NCBI GenBank assembly: GCA_038061995.1
Contig: JBBTYA010000004.1
Coordinates: forward strand, 15,350-79,349
DNA length: 64,000 nt
Reading direction: 5' to 3'
DNA from: Patescibacteria group bacterium
GTDB taxonomy: Bacteria; Patescibacteriota; Minisyncoccia; 2-02-FULL-40-12; GWA2-44-9
Numbering within the stretch: the stretch's first letter is position 1; every line of letters begins with the position of its first letter. Of this stretch, positions 27,246 to 37,904 are shown piece by piece. A program made the position numbers and the translations under genes. A model generated the notes under the pieces. It saw nothing but the letters and a program-made list of their open reading frames with translations, had not been told where the DNA came from and made no database searches.

Positions 27246-28317
27246 AGTAACCAAGCGCCTCAAGCCCTGGTAGTTTTTGACCGGCAAGAAACGCGAGCAT
27301 TGCTCCGCCACCCGTAGACACAAAGGAAAAACGGTCACGAATACCGAGACGATCAATCGCCGCCACCGTATCGCCACCGCCGATAAGAGTACGAGCAGAT
27401 GCGTCGGCAACTGCACGCGCGATCGCGAATGTCCCCTCTGCGTAACGTTCATCTTCAAAGAGTCCGAGTGGGCCGTTCCATACGATCATACGCGCTCGCG
27501 CAATGTGTTCACGGAAAAGAGCAATCGACTGCGGGCCGATATCAAGCGCACGTCCATCAGTAATAATAAAATCAGGCGAGAGAATAATGCGCGGATCATT
27601 CACATCGAGCCCTGCGAGTAATTCGGAAATATTCTCATCCATAAGCGAAGTCCCCATATCAATGCCCCGCGCCTTTGCTAAATCATTCGCCACCACCCCG
27701 CCAACAAGCACCGCCTCAGCGCGAGAGAGAACATGCGTAATAACAGGAACCTTTGTACTTGCCTTAGCGCCTCCAATAATAACCACTTTCCCTTCCGCTG
27801 GTGCATCAAGCGCTTCAGTCAGGGCATTCGTCTCCGCGACAACCAGTGGCCCCGCATAGGACGGCAAGAGCTTAGCAACTGCATCAACAGAAGCATGCGC
27901 GCGGTGACACACCGCAAATGCATTCTGCACATACATATCCATGCCGCGTGCCAGCGCTTCTGAGACATCAAAGCTATTCTCTGTCTCCCCACGCCACGTA
28001 CGAATGTTTTCAAGCAGTCCAACGCCCTGCCCGCTTTTTTGAAACTCATCTCTATCCGCAAGTGTTGGTAATAAAGTAAGAGTGTGCCCGAGTGTTTCTT
28101 CAAGTTCAACAAGAATGGGTCGGAAAGAATCTACTGCAGAAATATGCGCAACGAGCACCACGCGCGCTCCAGCAGACACCAACATGTCGAGTACTTCCTT
28201 CTGACGAGTAATACGGTGGTGCGCCTGAATGCGCCCTTCTACCACGGGAACATCGAGGTCGGTCCGCACAAGCACCCACTTGCCACGCACGTCAGTTGTC
28301 GGAGTGAGAATGTTCAT
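27232..28317 (-). CDS. pgk: phosphoglycerate kinase
   Basis: RTDLDVP, GGGA, Rossmann pattern of PGK; 361 aa. Confidence 0.9.
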   Translation of the reverse strand: MNILTPTTDVRGKWVLVRTDLDVPVVEGRIQAHHRITRQKEVLDMLVSAGARVVLVAHISAVDSFRPILVELEETLGHTLTLLPTLADRDEFQKSGQGVGLLENIRTWRGETENSFDVSEALARGMDMYVQNAFAVCHRAHASVDAVAKLLPSYAGPLVVAETNALTEALDAPAEGKVVIIGGAKASTKVPVITHVLSRAEAVLVGGVVANDLAKARGIDMGTSLMDENISELLAGLDVNDPRIILSPDFIITDGRALDIGPQSIALFREHIARARMIVWNGPLGLFEDERYAEGTFAIARAVADASARTLIGGGDTVAAIDRLGIRDRFSFVSTGGGAMLAFLAGQKLPGLEALGYYEHV

Positions 28318-29063
28318 GAAAAAAATGGCGTAAGCGCCTCAAGGAGTTCTGTAAGTGAATCTGGGGATGCGCTCGCCCGCCCCACAAGCACTCCGTCCAC
28401 AGCACCACTACTCAGCACATTACTCACGCTTGCTCCTGTAACGGACCCTCCGTAGAGAATCGCCTTTGGCGTAGCGCCGCGCAGCTCCTCTCGAATAACC
28501 TGAATAGCGCGAACAATATCGGCGGACTCTTCTACGCGTGCGCCCGGCGTTGTGCTTATCGCCCACACCGGCTCATACGCAATCACGCATTGCGCCACAT
28601 CTGTTGCCGAAGCGCCCTCAAAGGCTCCCAGCACCTGCTCACGAAGACCAGCGAATGACCCGTCTGGCGCTGGTTGGCCAACGCATACAATAGGAAGAAT
28701 GTCGTGTGCAATTGCCTGTTGCCACGCAGATCGCACGTCTGCATTTGTTTCTCCTGCTTGTGCGCGGCGGTCCGAGTGGCCAATAATCGCGGCCGACACA
28801 TTCGCCGCACGCAACATCGCCGGCGTTAATCCTCCAGTCTTTGCATCCGCATCAAGATACTGCGCTCCAATGAGAACAGATGCGAGGCGTTCATCTGCGG
28901 CCACGCATTTCTGCGTGTCATCAATAAGCGTTGCGGGCGGGCACATAACAACGGTGCCGCTTGTGACGCGGGCGCGCCAATCAGCAAGCGCGGCGCACAG
29001 CGGAAGAATGTCTTCTTGAGAAGCAGGATAACTCTTCCAGTTGAGAATAAAAAATGGGTTCAT
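28314..29063 (-). CDS. tpiA: triosephosphate isomerase
   Basis: NWK, IAYEPVWAISTTPGA, YGGSV motifs; start at the internal Met overlapping the upstream stop (ATGA). Confidence 0.85.
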   Translation of the reverse strand: MNPFFILNWKSYPASQEDILPLCAALADWRARVTSGTVVMCPPATLIDDTQKCVAADERLASVLIGAQYLDADAKTGGLTPAMLRAANVSAAIIGHSDRRAQAGETNADVRSAWQQAIAHDILPIVCVGQPAPDGSFAGLREQVLGAFEGASATDVAQCVIAYEPVWAISTTPGARVEESADIVRAIQVIREELRGATPKAILYGGSVTGASVSNVLSSGAVDGVLVGRASASPDSLTELLEALTPFFS

Positions 29064-29767
29064 GTGTTCCACGCACGCGTGAGACGCCACCACGCAATTC
29101 TGCACACATCATAGAGTACATCAATGTATGCACGCGACGTTATTTTTGTTGCGGGATGATTCTTCCACGCAACCGGCGCCTCATCTATACGGTACCCGAG
29201 AGCACGTGCAATCGCAAGAACTTCTACATCGAATCCCCATCCTACAATATGTAGTTTAGGGAAGATAGCATCAGCGGCGCGGCGCGTGAATACTTTAAAC
29301 CCACGCTGAGTATCCCAAATGCCTGGCACCGCAAGCACTTGAATAAATATATTGCCCAACTTACCCGCAACAACGCGCCACCACGGCTCATGACCGCCTG
29401 CCAAAATCCGCGCGCCAGGAACCGCCAGAGAGCCGATCACCACGTCCGCCCCACGCTCGATTCGCTCAAGCATCAATGGAAGGTGGTCAATGGACGTTGA
29501 GTGATCAGCGTCAAGAAACATTTGTATGTCACCCGTAGCAGCGCGCATGCCGGCGCGCACCGCTGCTCCTTTTCCTTGAAGTGGCTCGGCGATGACCGTA
29601 ACTCCGTATGATCGCGCGACGGAAGTAGTACTATCTGAAGAAGCATTATCTACCACGATAATTTCCGCTTCCCACGGCTTCCCTACGCAAAAAGCTTTCA
29701 CCGCTTCAAGCGTGGGACCGAGACGAGGCGCTTCGTTATATGCAGGGATAATAAGAGAGATACGCAT
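29060..29767 (-). CDS. family 2 glycosyltransferase (polyprenyl-phosphate sugar synthase, DPM1-like)
   Basis: IIPAYNE, VVDNASSD, FLDADH DxD-type motifs. Confidence 0.8.
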   Translation of the reverse strand: MRISLIIPAYNEAPRLGPTLEAVKAFCVGKPWEAEIIVVDNASSDSTTSVARSYGVTVIAEPLQGKGAAVRAGMRAATGDIQMFLDADHSTSIDHLPLMLERIERGADVVIGSLAVPGARILAGGHEPWWRVVAGKLGNIFIQVLAVPGIWDTQRGFKVFTRRAADAIFPKLHIVGWGFDVEVLAIARALGYRIDEAPVAWKNHPATKITSRAYIDVLYDVCRIAWWRLTRAWNT

Positions 29768-29833
29768 GGCTTTTCGTGCATCATACGCCTTTACGTACGA
29801 GAGTAAAAATTGACGCCCTCATAAAACATCCGT

Positions 29834-30730
29834 ATGCTAGTCTCACGCATGCGTACTCATGGTGTCACGCAGATAGCGATCACCGACGCCCGCTACCCCG
29901 AGCGCTTGCGGCACATTTCCAACCCTCCGAACATACTCTACTGCCACGGCAACACCGCACTCCTTGCGAGCGAATCCTGTATTGGCGTTGTGGGCTCTCG
30001 CATGCCTACGGCATATGGGAAAGACGTTACTCACACGATCGCCACGGAACTCGCGCATGCAGGCGCAGTTATTGTCAGTGGACTTGCGCTGGGCATCGAT
30101 GGGATCGCGCACCGTGCGGCACTCGCAGCCCATGCGCACACTATTGCAGTTGTAGGCTCTGGTATTCACGAAAGCGTGCTCTACCCGCAAAGCCACCAAG
30201 CGCTTGCCAGAGAGATCATCGCAGCCGATGGCCTCGTACTTTCCGAATACGAACCGAAAACGCCTGCGCGCGACTACATGTTCCCAGAACGCAACCGCAT
30301 TATCAGCGGTCTCTCGCGAGGAGTCATCGTCACTGAAGCGAATGAAAAAAGTGGCGCGCTCATCACTGCGCGCTGCGCCGTGGAGCAAGGCAAAGACGTG
30401 TTCGCAGTGCCCGGTAGTATTCTCTCTCCCCGCTCAGCAGGACCCAACCGCCTCATTCGCGATGGAGCAACGCCTATCATGGGCGCAGAAGACGTGATCA
30501 GCACATATACTGACATCTTTTCACTACAACCATCGCGTCGTGCCGCTATCGCCGACCCGTTGCAACAACGTATTATTGCAGAGCTTACAACGCACGGACC
30601 CCAACACGTAGATCGGCTCACGCACACTCTCGACACATCACCAAGCAATCTCTTCGTAGCACTCACTCATCTCGCGCTCGCAAAACATATTATTCAAAGC
30701 GCACCAGATACCTGGCGCATCATTTCATGA
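29834..30730 (+). CDS. dprA: DNA processing protein DprA (Smf)
   Basis: GVVGSRMPTAYGKDV...VIVSGLALGIDGIAHRAAL Rossmann-like DprA core. Confidence 0.8.
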   Translation: MLVSRMRTHGVTQIAITDARYPERLRHISNPPNILYCHGNTALLASESCIGVVGSRMPTAYGKDVTHTIATELAHAGAVIVSGLALGIDGIAHRAALAAHAHTIAVVGSGIHESVLYPQSHQALAREIIAADGLVLSEYEPKTPARDYMFPERNRIISGLSRGVIVTEANEKSGALITARCAVEQGKDVFAVPGSILSPRSAGPNRLIRDGATPIMGAEDVISTYTDIFSLQPSRRAAIADPLQQRIIAELTTHGPQHVDRLTHTLDTSPSNLFVALTHLALAKHIIQSAPDTWRIIS

Positions 30731-32763
30731 AACTTGTCATTGTAGAAAGTCCCACAAAAGCAAAAACAATCTCCCGTTACGTCACGGGAGATGTTGTCGT
30801 TCTGTCTTCGTTCGGACACGTACGCGATTTGCCTAAGAGCGACCTTGGCATCGATGTCGAACATGACTTCGCACCAAAATATATCGTACCGACAAAAGCA
30901 AAGAAGAATCTTTCTCTCTTGAAAAAAGAGGCTGCGAAAGCAGATACAATCGTCCTTGCAACTGATGAAGACCGCGAAGGAGAATCAATCGCGTGGCATC
31001 TTCTTGAAGCGCTCGGTCTCTCTGGCGCAAAGAAAAAGAAGGCGGATGGAGAAAAAGAAATCCAGCGCATTGTCTTCCATGAAATTACCAAAGAGGCGAT
31101 TCTACATGCACTCGATCATCCACGAAACATTGATCAACATCTCGTCGACGCACAGCAAGCACGACGCATTCTTGATCGCCTTGTAGGATACAAACTCTCC
31201 CCGCTTCTCTGGAAGCGCTACTATCGAGGTCTTTCCGCAGGACGCGTGCAATCAGTTGCGCTTCGCATCATTGTGGATCGCGAGCGAGAAATTCAGGCGT
31301 TCAAGCCACAAGAATATTGGACCGTTGACGCAACTCTTCTCCCAGAGGCGGGGATGCCATTTACAGCGCACCTCACGAGCGTTGATGACAAACCTTTGGG
31401 AGATATGGATATCGCAACACAAACGCACGCCGATATCATCGCGAAAGATCTCACCGGGGCAACATGGAAAGTAAAAGATGTGCAGCGCACTGAAGTAACA
31501 CGTTCCCCGATGGCGCCGTTCACCACGAGCACTCTCCAGCAAACAGCATCGCGTCGCCTGCGCTTCTCTTCTAAGCAAACCATGATGCTCGCTCAGCGCC
31601 TCTATGAAGCCGGGTTCATCACCTACATGCGTACGGACTCGGTGAATCTTTCCGAAGAGTCTCTTGCGAAAGCTGCGACATACATCACCGAAAATCTCGG
31701 AGCGCCATACTACCAGCGTCGAACGTTCAAGACGAAGTCTAAAGGCGCACAAGAAGCCCATGAGGCCGTGCGCCCGACAGATCCATTCCGCACGCCGGAA
31801 GAAATGGCAAAAGAACTTGATCCACGCCAAGCAAAACTCTACGACCTTATCTGGCGCCGCTTCATCGCAAGTCAAATGCCCCAAGCACGCATCGACTCCA
31901 CGGGCATCGATGTTCGCGCCACACGAGAAGGCAGTGAACACGCCTACGATTTTCGTGCCACGGGAAGCATTATGACGTTCGATGGTTTTACAAAGATCTA
32001 TCCATCATCTTTTGAAGAGACGCCTCTTCCCGTCGTAAAAGCACACGACCCACTCACGCTTGAAACACTCCTCCCAGAACAGCATTTCACCAAACCACCT
32101 GCGCGCTTCAACGAAGCTTCGCTTATTAAGATCTTAGAAAAAGAAGGCATCGGCCGTCCTTCAACCTATGCTTCTATTATTTCTACTATTTTAGATCGCG
32201 GATATGTCGAAAAGGACAGGTCACGCTCGCTCACGCCACTCGATATCGGCATGCTCGTTATAGACTTCCTCGTAGAGCACTTCCCCGCCATCGTTGACAC
32301 CCATTTTACATCACACATGGAAGCAAAGCTCGACGATATCGCCGAAGGCAAAGAGGCCTGGGTACCTGTGGTAAAAGAATTCTACGAACCGTTCGCGCAG
32401 ACACTCGCTGCCAAGATGGATATCGCCAAAGACGCAAAAGCTGCTGACGTAGAGACGACCGATAAAATCTGCGATAAGTGCAATAGTCCGATGGTAGTAA
32501 AGCGTGGACGCTTTGGAAAATTCATTGCCTGCTCAAACTTCCCTACCTGTAAGAATGTGCTTCGCGAGAAGAAAGACACTCCGCCACCAGAGCCAACAGG
32601 AGAGAAGTGCGATAAGTGCACCGAGGGCGACCTCGTGATGCGCACGGGCCGCTTTGGAAAATTCATCGGGTGCTCTCGCTATCCGAAGTGTAAGAATATT
32701 AGAAAACTTCCGAAGGAAGAACGCGACGTACCGATCGAGAAGCTTGACGAACAAGAAAAATAG
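30727..32763 (+). CDS. topA: DNA topoisomerase I with two C-terminal Zn ribbons
   Basis: Toprim (VIVESPTKAK...DEDREGE), catalytic Tyr region, two C4 ribbons. Confidence 0.95.
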   Translation: MKLVIVESPTKAKTISRYVTGDVVVLSSFGHVRDLPKSDLGIDVEHDFAPKYIVPTKAKKNLSLLKKEAAKADTIVLATDEDREGESIAWHLLEALGLSGAKKKKADGEKEIQRIVFHEITKEAILHALDHPRNIDQHLVDAQQARRILDRLVGYKLSPLLWKRYYRGLSAGRVQSVALRIIVDREREIQAFKPQEYWTVDATLLPEAGMPFTAHLTSVDDKPLGDMDIATQTHADIIAKDLTGATWKVKDVQRTEVTRSPMAPFTTSTLQQTASRRLRFSSKQTMMLAQRLYEAGFITYMRTDSVNLSEESLAKAATYITENLGAPYYQRRTFKTKSKGAQEAHEAVRPTDPFRTPEEMAKELDPRQAKLYDLIWRRFIASQMPQARIDSTGIDVRATREGSEHAYDFRATGSIMTFDGFTKIYPSSFEETPLPVVKAHDPLTLETLLPEQHFTKPPARFNEASLIKILEKEGIGRPSTYASIISTILDRGYVEKDRSRSLTPLDIGMLVIDFLVEHFPAIVDTHFTSHMEAKLDDIAEGKEAWVPVVKEFYEPFAQTLAAKMDIAKDAKAADVETTDKICDKCNSPMVVKRGRFGKFIACSNFPTCKNVLREKKDTPPPEPTGEKCDKCTEGDLVMRTGRFGKFIGCSRYPKCKNIRKLPKEERDVPIEKLDEQEK

Positions 32764-32791
32764 CGTATTCTCTGCGCCAAGGAGGTAGTGC

Positions 32792-33400
32792 GTGTACCAG
32801 CCACAAAAAACGGAGAGCATCCCCACGATTCAGGGAGCATTCCTTCTGCAACGCCGTGTCTATGGAGACGGGCGCGGGCAGTTCTCTGAGCTCTTGTCGA
32901 CGGGAGGCGTCCGGCCTCCGCGAGGCGGGGCCATTCTGTTCGGCAGCGGCCAAACAAACTTCTCGTACTCCATTACGGGAGCAGTGCGGGGCATGCACTG
33001 GCAGCATGGCCAAGGAAAGCTCCTCACCGTTCTTTCGGGGAAGGTTGCAGACATCATGCTCGATGTGCGCAGAGGTTCGCCCACATTCGGCAAGACGCAC
33101 GTTCAACTCCTCGATACACCGACGCGTGACGACACAACTGCGCTTTCGATCTATGTGCCGCCCGGCGTCGCCCACGGCGTCATGGCACTCTGCCCGACCA
33201 CTCTCGTGTACCACACGACTCAGTCGTGGCAACCCCACAACGAAGGTGGAGTCCGCTTCAACGATCCGGAGCTTGACCTTCCATGGCCAAAAGAGTGTGG
33301 ACTGCGCATCGTCTCCAAGAAGGACAGTGAGCTCCCCTTGTGGAGCTACTGGAGGCTCAACCCCTCAAAACTCCCCCAGTACCCCCGCACCGAAGCGTGA
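32792..33400 (+). CDS. rfbC: dTDP-4-dehydrorhamnose 3,5-epimerase-like cupin (RmlC family)
   Basis: DGRGQFSEL, QTNFSYSITGAVRGMHWQ; GTG start with SD AAGGAGG; GC-rich. Confidence 0.7.
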   Translation: MYQPQKTESIPTIQGAFLLQRRVYGDGRGQFSELLSTGGVRPPRGGAILFGSGQTNFSYSITGAVRGMHWQHGQGKLLTVLSGKVADIMLDVRRGSPTFGKTHVQLLDTPTRDDTTALSIYVPPGVAHGVMALCPTTLVYHTTQSWQPHNEGGVRFNDPELDLPWPKECGLRIVSKKDSELPLWSYWRLNPSKLPQYPRTEA

Positions 33401-33474
33401 TGAGGGTACTCGTGCGCCGCCTCATCACTGGGGCGGCGCTTTTCTTGCAAAGAGCGTACTCAGGTGTACCATAC

Positions 33475-35406
33475 ATGATTACTATGACCCTCCCGGAATC
33501 TGGGGAATCATTTTTAGAGACCCTTCCCCGCGCTCGGCGTTTTTCAGAAGAAGAGCAGGGGCGCATTGTCCGCGCCTTCACTATCGCGCAACGCGCACAT
33601 GCTACGCAGAAACGCAAAAGTGGCGACCCCTATCTCTCGCATCCCGTTGCCATTGCGCACCACCTCGCCACCATTGGCATGGACGCCCCCACCATCACAG
33701 CGGCGCTTTTGCATGATGTCCTTGAAGATACGTCAGTCGACCCTCAAGAAATCGAGAGTTCGTGTGGCAGTGACGTACTTTTTCTCGTACAAGGTGTCAC
33801 TAAATTAACACGTCTTCCTTTTGCGCCACGCACCACCGCAGAGGCTCACGATGCATATGTTGCATCTTTTAAAAACCTCATCTTCGCCATGGCCGAAGAT
33901 TTGCGTGTCATCATTATTAAGCTCGCCGACCGCCGACACAACATGCTCACGCTTAGCGCGCTTGATACGGCGGACCAACAACGCATCGCCCGGGAGACAA
34001 TAGAGATATACGCACCCATCGCATCACGCCTTGGCATGGGAACGATGCGTGGTGAGCTTGAAGACCTCGCGTTCCCTTTCGCGTACCCCGACGCATACGC
34101 CCACCTCACATCACTCGTACACGAAACATATGATGATCGCCTCGCGTATACCAGGCGCATCACGCCTATCATTGCTCGAGCCCTAGATCTCGCCGGCATT
34201 CGTGTGCGCGACATTCATGCGCGCGCGAAGCATACGTGGAGTCTCTACCAAAAAATGCAGCGCGATGGTCTCACTACGCTTGAGAACATTTTTGATCTCG
34301 TGGCGCTTCGTATCATCGTAGACACCATTCCTGCGTGCTATGAGGCCCTGGGGACCGTACACGCACGCTACAAGCCTCTCCCAGGCCGCATTAAAGACTA
34401 TATAGCCCTTCCCAAGCCAAATGGCTATCGCTCGCTCCACACGACCGTTTTTTGCGAAGAGGGTCGTGTTACAGAAATACAGATTCGCACACCTGACATG
34501 CACGCTCACGCAGAGCATGGTATCGCCGCGCACTGGGCCTATAGCGAATCGGGCAAGGTGCGCGGGTTTACGGCCGATACTAATCACGCCGCATGGGTAG
34601 CTTCTCTTCGTGACACGCTCAAAGATATCAAAACGAGCTCTGGCATGGCGCGCGCAACCAGCGACTTTTTGAAAAGTCGCATGTACGTATTCACACCGCA
34701 AGGAGATGTGAAAGATCTTCCCGAAGGATCAACGCCTGTTGATTTTGCCTACGCCGTGCACACAAACCTTGGACACGCGATCACCGGCGCAAAGATCAAC
34801 GGAGCGATAGCCCCGCTTACCGCACGCCTACGCAATGGAGATGTCGTTGAGGCGCTCAAGAGTAAAACGCAGAAACCTTCATTTGATTGGCTCATGTTCG
34901 TACGCACCTCACACGCACGCCAGAGTATCCAGTCGTGGTTTAAAAACAATGATCCGCGCACGATGATTGCCAATGGGAAGGAGCTCCTCGTTAAAGAACT
35001 CCGGAGAATACATCTCACATGGGATGACCTCCCCCGCACAACCGTCGCACACATGGTCGCCACCTATTCGGCGCGAACCGCTGACGGACTCTTCACGCGC
35101 ATTAGCGTTGGAGATATCAGCGCGCAAGATGTGGTGAAAAAGTTTTTCCCCGAAGCGCGAACGCCGAGAAAACAACAAAAGAAAGTACGGAAACAAAACA
35201 CCCCCACGCCCGCCCACACTCTTGTTGTCGCCAATGATCCCACACTGCCATGGCGCATAGGAAAATGCTGCGCACCAGAACAACCTGAGCGCATCGTGGG
35301 CTATATTACTCGCGGAAAGGGGATCACCGTCCATGCACGCACCTGCACAAACGCACAAACCGCCCGAAAAGAGCGGCTTGTCTCTGCGAAGTGGAACACT
35401 AACTAA
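33475..35406 (+). CDS. bifunctional (p)ppGpp synthetase/hydrolase, RelA/SpoT homologue
   Basis: HD domain (HPVAIAHHL...LLHDVLEDT), synthetase domain (RIKDYIALPKPNGYRSLHT), TGS/ACT-like C-terminus. The ORF call extends to 33340, so the start is uncertain. Confidence 0.85.
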   Translation: MITMTLPESGESFLETLPRARRFSEEEQGRIVRAFTIAQRAHATQKRKSGDPYLSHPVAIAHHLATIGMDAPTITAALLHDVLEDTSVDPQEIESSCGSDVLFLVQGVTKLTRLPFAPRTTAEAHDAYVASFKNLIFAMAEDLRVIIIKLADRRHNMLTLSALDTADQQRIARETIEIYAPIASRLGMGTMRGELEDLAFPFAYPDAYAHLTSLVHETYDDRLAYTRRITPIIARALDLAGIRVRDIHARAKHTWSLYQKMQRDGLTTLENIFDLVALRIIVDTIPACYEALGTVHARYKPLPGRIKDYIALPKPNGYRSLHTTVFCEEGRVTEIQIRTPDMHAHAEHGIAAHWAYSESGKVRGFTADTNHAAWVASLRDTLKDIKTSSGMARATSDFLKSRMYVFTPQGDVKDLPEGSTPVDFAYAVHTNLGHAITGAKINGAIAPLTARLRNGDVVEALKSKTQKPSFDWLMFVRTSHARQSIQSWFKNNDPRTMIANGKELLVKELRRIHLTWDDLPRTTVAHMVATYSARTADGLFTRISVGDISAQDVVKKFFPEARTPRKQQKKVRKQNTPTPAHTLVVANDPTLPWRIGKCCAPEQPERIVGYITRGKGITVHARTCTNAQTARKERLVSAKWNTN

Positions 35407-36290
35407 TCGATAATGTTACGAGCGATAAGATTCAGTTCTTCGTGATCCGCAAAGCGAATAACGATCTGCCCGCCACGCGCTCCTGTTTTGATCAACACTG
35501 GGGCCTTAAGGCGCTCACAGAGGGTGCTCTGTAATTCTTCAAAGCGCCGATCGGAATTAGTACCCGCTCGGCCACCTTTATCACGTGACGATGCCATTTC
35601 AATATCTGACTTTGAAAAGCCATCTTCCACCACGCGACGAAACATCTCTTGTTGCTTTGCGGGATCAGAAAAGGCGAGAAGTGCGCGGCCATGCGTTGCA
35701 CCAATTTTCCCACTCCGGATTGCCTGCTTGATGTTATCAGGCAACTTTATGAGACGCATCGTGTTCGCAACAGTTTCACGAGACTTCCCCACCTTCTGCG
35801 CTACTTCCTGCTGGGTGAGACCGAATTCACTTGCCAAGCGCGCATATGCCTCGGCTTCTTCCATGCCGTTGAGATCATCGCGCTGGATGTTTTCAATCAA
35901 TGCAACTTGTAGACGTGTTGACTTCTCATTACCTAAATCATCTTTAATAATAACGGGAACCGTAGGAAGGCCAGCAATTTGGGAAGCGCGCAAACGGCGC
36001 TCACCGGCAATAAGTTCGTAGAACACGTCCATGCCACGAGGTCCGTGGTCTTCTTTCTTTGAAACGAGCAATGGCTGAAGCACGCCATAACGCCGAATAG
36101 AATTTGCGAGCTCTTTTAGCGCATCTGGGTCAAAATCTTGACGCGGTTGATCAGGGTTTGGGCGAATCTTCCCTACTTCAATATAAAAAACACTTTCCTT
36201 AACTGCAGTCGCCTCTGCGCTCCGCACGCTTGAGTCGGCGGGAATGAGCGATCCTAATCCTTTTCCAAGTCCGAATAGTTTTTTCACCAT
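35403..36290 (-). CDS. parB: chromosome partitioning protein ParB
   Basis: GERRLRA ParB box and HTH. Confidence 0.9.
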   Translation of the reverse strand: MVKKLFGLGKGLGSLIPADSSVRSAEATAVKESVFYIEVGKIRPNPDQPRQDFDPDALKELANSIRRYGVLQPLLVSKKEDHGPRGMDVFYELIAGERRLRASQIAGLPTVPVIIKDDLGNEKSTRLQVALIENIQRDDLNGMEEAEAYARLASEFGLTQQEVAQKVGKSRETVANTMRLIKLPDNIKQAIRSGKIGATHGRALLAFSDPAKQQEMFRRVVEDGFSKSDIEMASSRDKGGRAGTNSDRRFEELQSTLCERLKAPVLIKTGARGGQIVIRFADHEELNLIARNIID

Positions 36291-36293
36291 AAG

Positions 36294-37058
36294 TTACGCA
36301 AGTTTAATAATTTCTTCTGCAAGCTGACGATACGCGTACGCTGCTTTTGAATACGGATCGAACTGGAGAATGGTTTTTCCAAAGCTTGGCGCCTCTGCAA
36401 GAGAAACGGTGCGCGGGATCACCGAAGAAAAGACTCGTCCAGGAAAATGCTTCATCACTTCATTCACGACTTGGTTCGATAATTGGTTGCGCTTATCATA
36501 CATTGTAAGCACCACACCCAGCACTTGCAAATCTTGGTTCAATCCGTTGCGCACTAGTTCGACAGTGCGCAGCAGTTGTCCCAGTCCTTCAAGCGCAAAA
36601 TATTCACACTGCACGGGAATCATGACTTTTTCTGCCGCGGCAAGCGCGTTTATAGTAAGAAGGCCAAGAGATGGCGGACAATCAATGAGCACATAGTCAT
36701 AGTTATGCCTCACCGAATCAATCGCACGCTTGAGACGACTTTCGCGCGCGTCCATAGACACGAGCTCCACCGTTGCTCCCGCAAGATTTTGTGCCGCGGG
36801 GAGCACATCAAAGCCAAAGAGTTGCGTGCGCTTGAGAACGCTCTGTGGATTCTGATCGTTCACCAGAACGTGGTACACATTCGCGTCTTCATTGTCTTCG
36901 TGGCCTAAGCCAAGCCCTAGTGTTGCGTTCGCTTGAGAGTCTAGATCTACCAACAAGACGTACTTACCGAGCGCCGCCAAATACGCGGCGGTGTTAATAG
37001 CCGTAGTTGTTTTTCCTACGCCCCCCTTCTGATTACAGACTGCGATAACACGGGCCAT
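36294..37058 (-). CDS. parA: chromosome partitioning ATPase ParA
   Basis: Deviant Walker A KGGVGKTT. Confidence 0.9.
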   Translation of the reverse strand: MARVIAVCNQKGGVGKTTTAINTAAYLAALGKYVLLVDLDSQANATLGLGLGHEDNEDANVYHVLVNDQNPQSVLKRTQLFGFDVLPAAQNLAGATVELVSMDARESRLKRAIDSVRHNYDYVLIDCPPSLGLLTINALAAAEKVMIPVQCEYFALEGLGQLLRTVELVRNGLNQDLQVLGVVLTMYDKRNQLSNQVVNEVMKHFPGRVFSSVIPRTVSLAEAPSFGKTILQFDPYSKAAYAYRQLAEEIIKLA

Positions 37059-37163
37059 AACGGTATCTGCATCGTAGCACGCAGGGATATGGGGAGCAAT
37101 GAAGAAGCGTTGAAAAACCAGCTTTTCCGTGGTACGCTATGCCCGCAGTAATGAGCGGTATAT

Positions 37164-37246
37164 GCCGGGGTGGTGGAATGGCAGACACGATGGACTCAAA
37201 ATCCATTGAGGGCAACCTCGTGAGGGTTCAAGTCCCTCCCTCGGCA
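37164..37246 (+). tRNA. tRNA-Leu (anticodon CAA), long variable arm
   Basis: GCCGGGGTGGTGGAATGGCAGACACGATGGACTCAAAATCCATTGAGGGCAACCTCGTGAGGGTTCAAGTCCCTCCCTCGGCA. Confidence 0.85.
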
Positions 37247-37261
37247 CTAAGCGATCCTCAA

Positions 37262-37297
37262 ATACATACCACGCGCTTTGCGCGTGGTATGTATTTG
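37262..37297 (+). terminator. long perfect hairpin after tRNA-Leu
   Basis: ATACATACCACGCGC-TTTG-GCGCGTGGTATGTAT then TTGAGG; T-tract weak. Confidence 0.5.
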
Positions 37298-37335
37298 AGG
37301 CGATCCCGTAAGTGGGATGAAGCCCGCCCAGATAA

Positions 37336-37725
37336 CTATCTAAGCCACTGCCTTAGATTCTTTGGCCAGCCAAGGAGAAAGAGCAGTGCTAAAGGAGCTC
37401 CCCAATTTGCGGCACGCTCAACAAAGTCCCACGCGGGATCTGGCCCGATCGGCCAACGGATCATCGCAGTCCACAGACCCCAGAGCGCCATCCACAACAC
37501 TGCAATGCGGATAGGCTTTATAAGGACGAGTATCGCCAGCGCAACATCTAAAACGCCAACCCAGAATAGAAGGGTAAGAATCGTCTCCGTATTAGAGATT
37601 CCAACAGCCTCGAAATACTTAAACCATCCCTCCTTGCCCTGAAGCGCAAAAATGCCGTGACCAAGAAATTCTCCTGCAACTGCGATGCGCAATATCCACT
37701 CAACAAGCTTTGTGTTCATAATCAT
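37336..37725 (-). CDS. DoxX-like small membrane protein
   Basis: 129 aa, 4 TM. Confidence 0.45.
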   Translation of the reverse strand: MIMNTKLVEWILRIAVAGEFLGHGIFALQGKEGWFKYFEAVGISNTETILTLLFWVGVLDVALAILVLIKPIRIAVLWMALWGLWTAMIRWPIGPDPAWDFVERAANWGAPLALLFLLGWPKNLRQWLR

Positions 37726-37729
37726 TAAT

Positions 37730-37904
37730 ACCTCAACTATAAATCAAAATCTTGAATTAATTATACCACGTATACACAGCACACCAAATCCGGATTACCG
37801 AAATATAAAATTATTTCCGTCTTAATACATATCTAGTTGTATAATTCTACTCAAGCTGAATTAAAATTTGCTGGAAATATCCAAAATAGTTACACTCGTT
37901 TTAC
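37730..37904. promoter_or_regulatory. extremely AT-rich 175-bp tract (by eye about 25-30% GC) containing TATAAT-like elements
   Basis: ...ttgtataattctactcaagctgaattaaaatttgctgg... upstream of the 37905 gene. Confidence 0.35.

Noticed and set aside
26802-27458. Long (218 aa) ORF call whose C-terminal part is RNase HI
   Set aside because: The N-terminal 71 codons do not look like real protein and extend over the pgk gene. The start was trimmed to the internal Met (MNTYNIW), which matches RNase HI N-termini.
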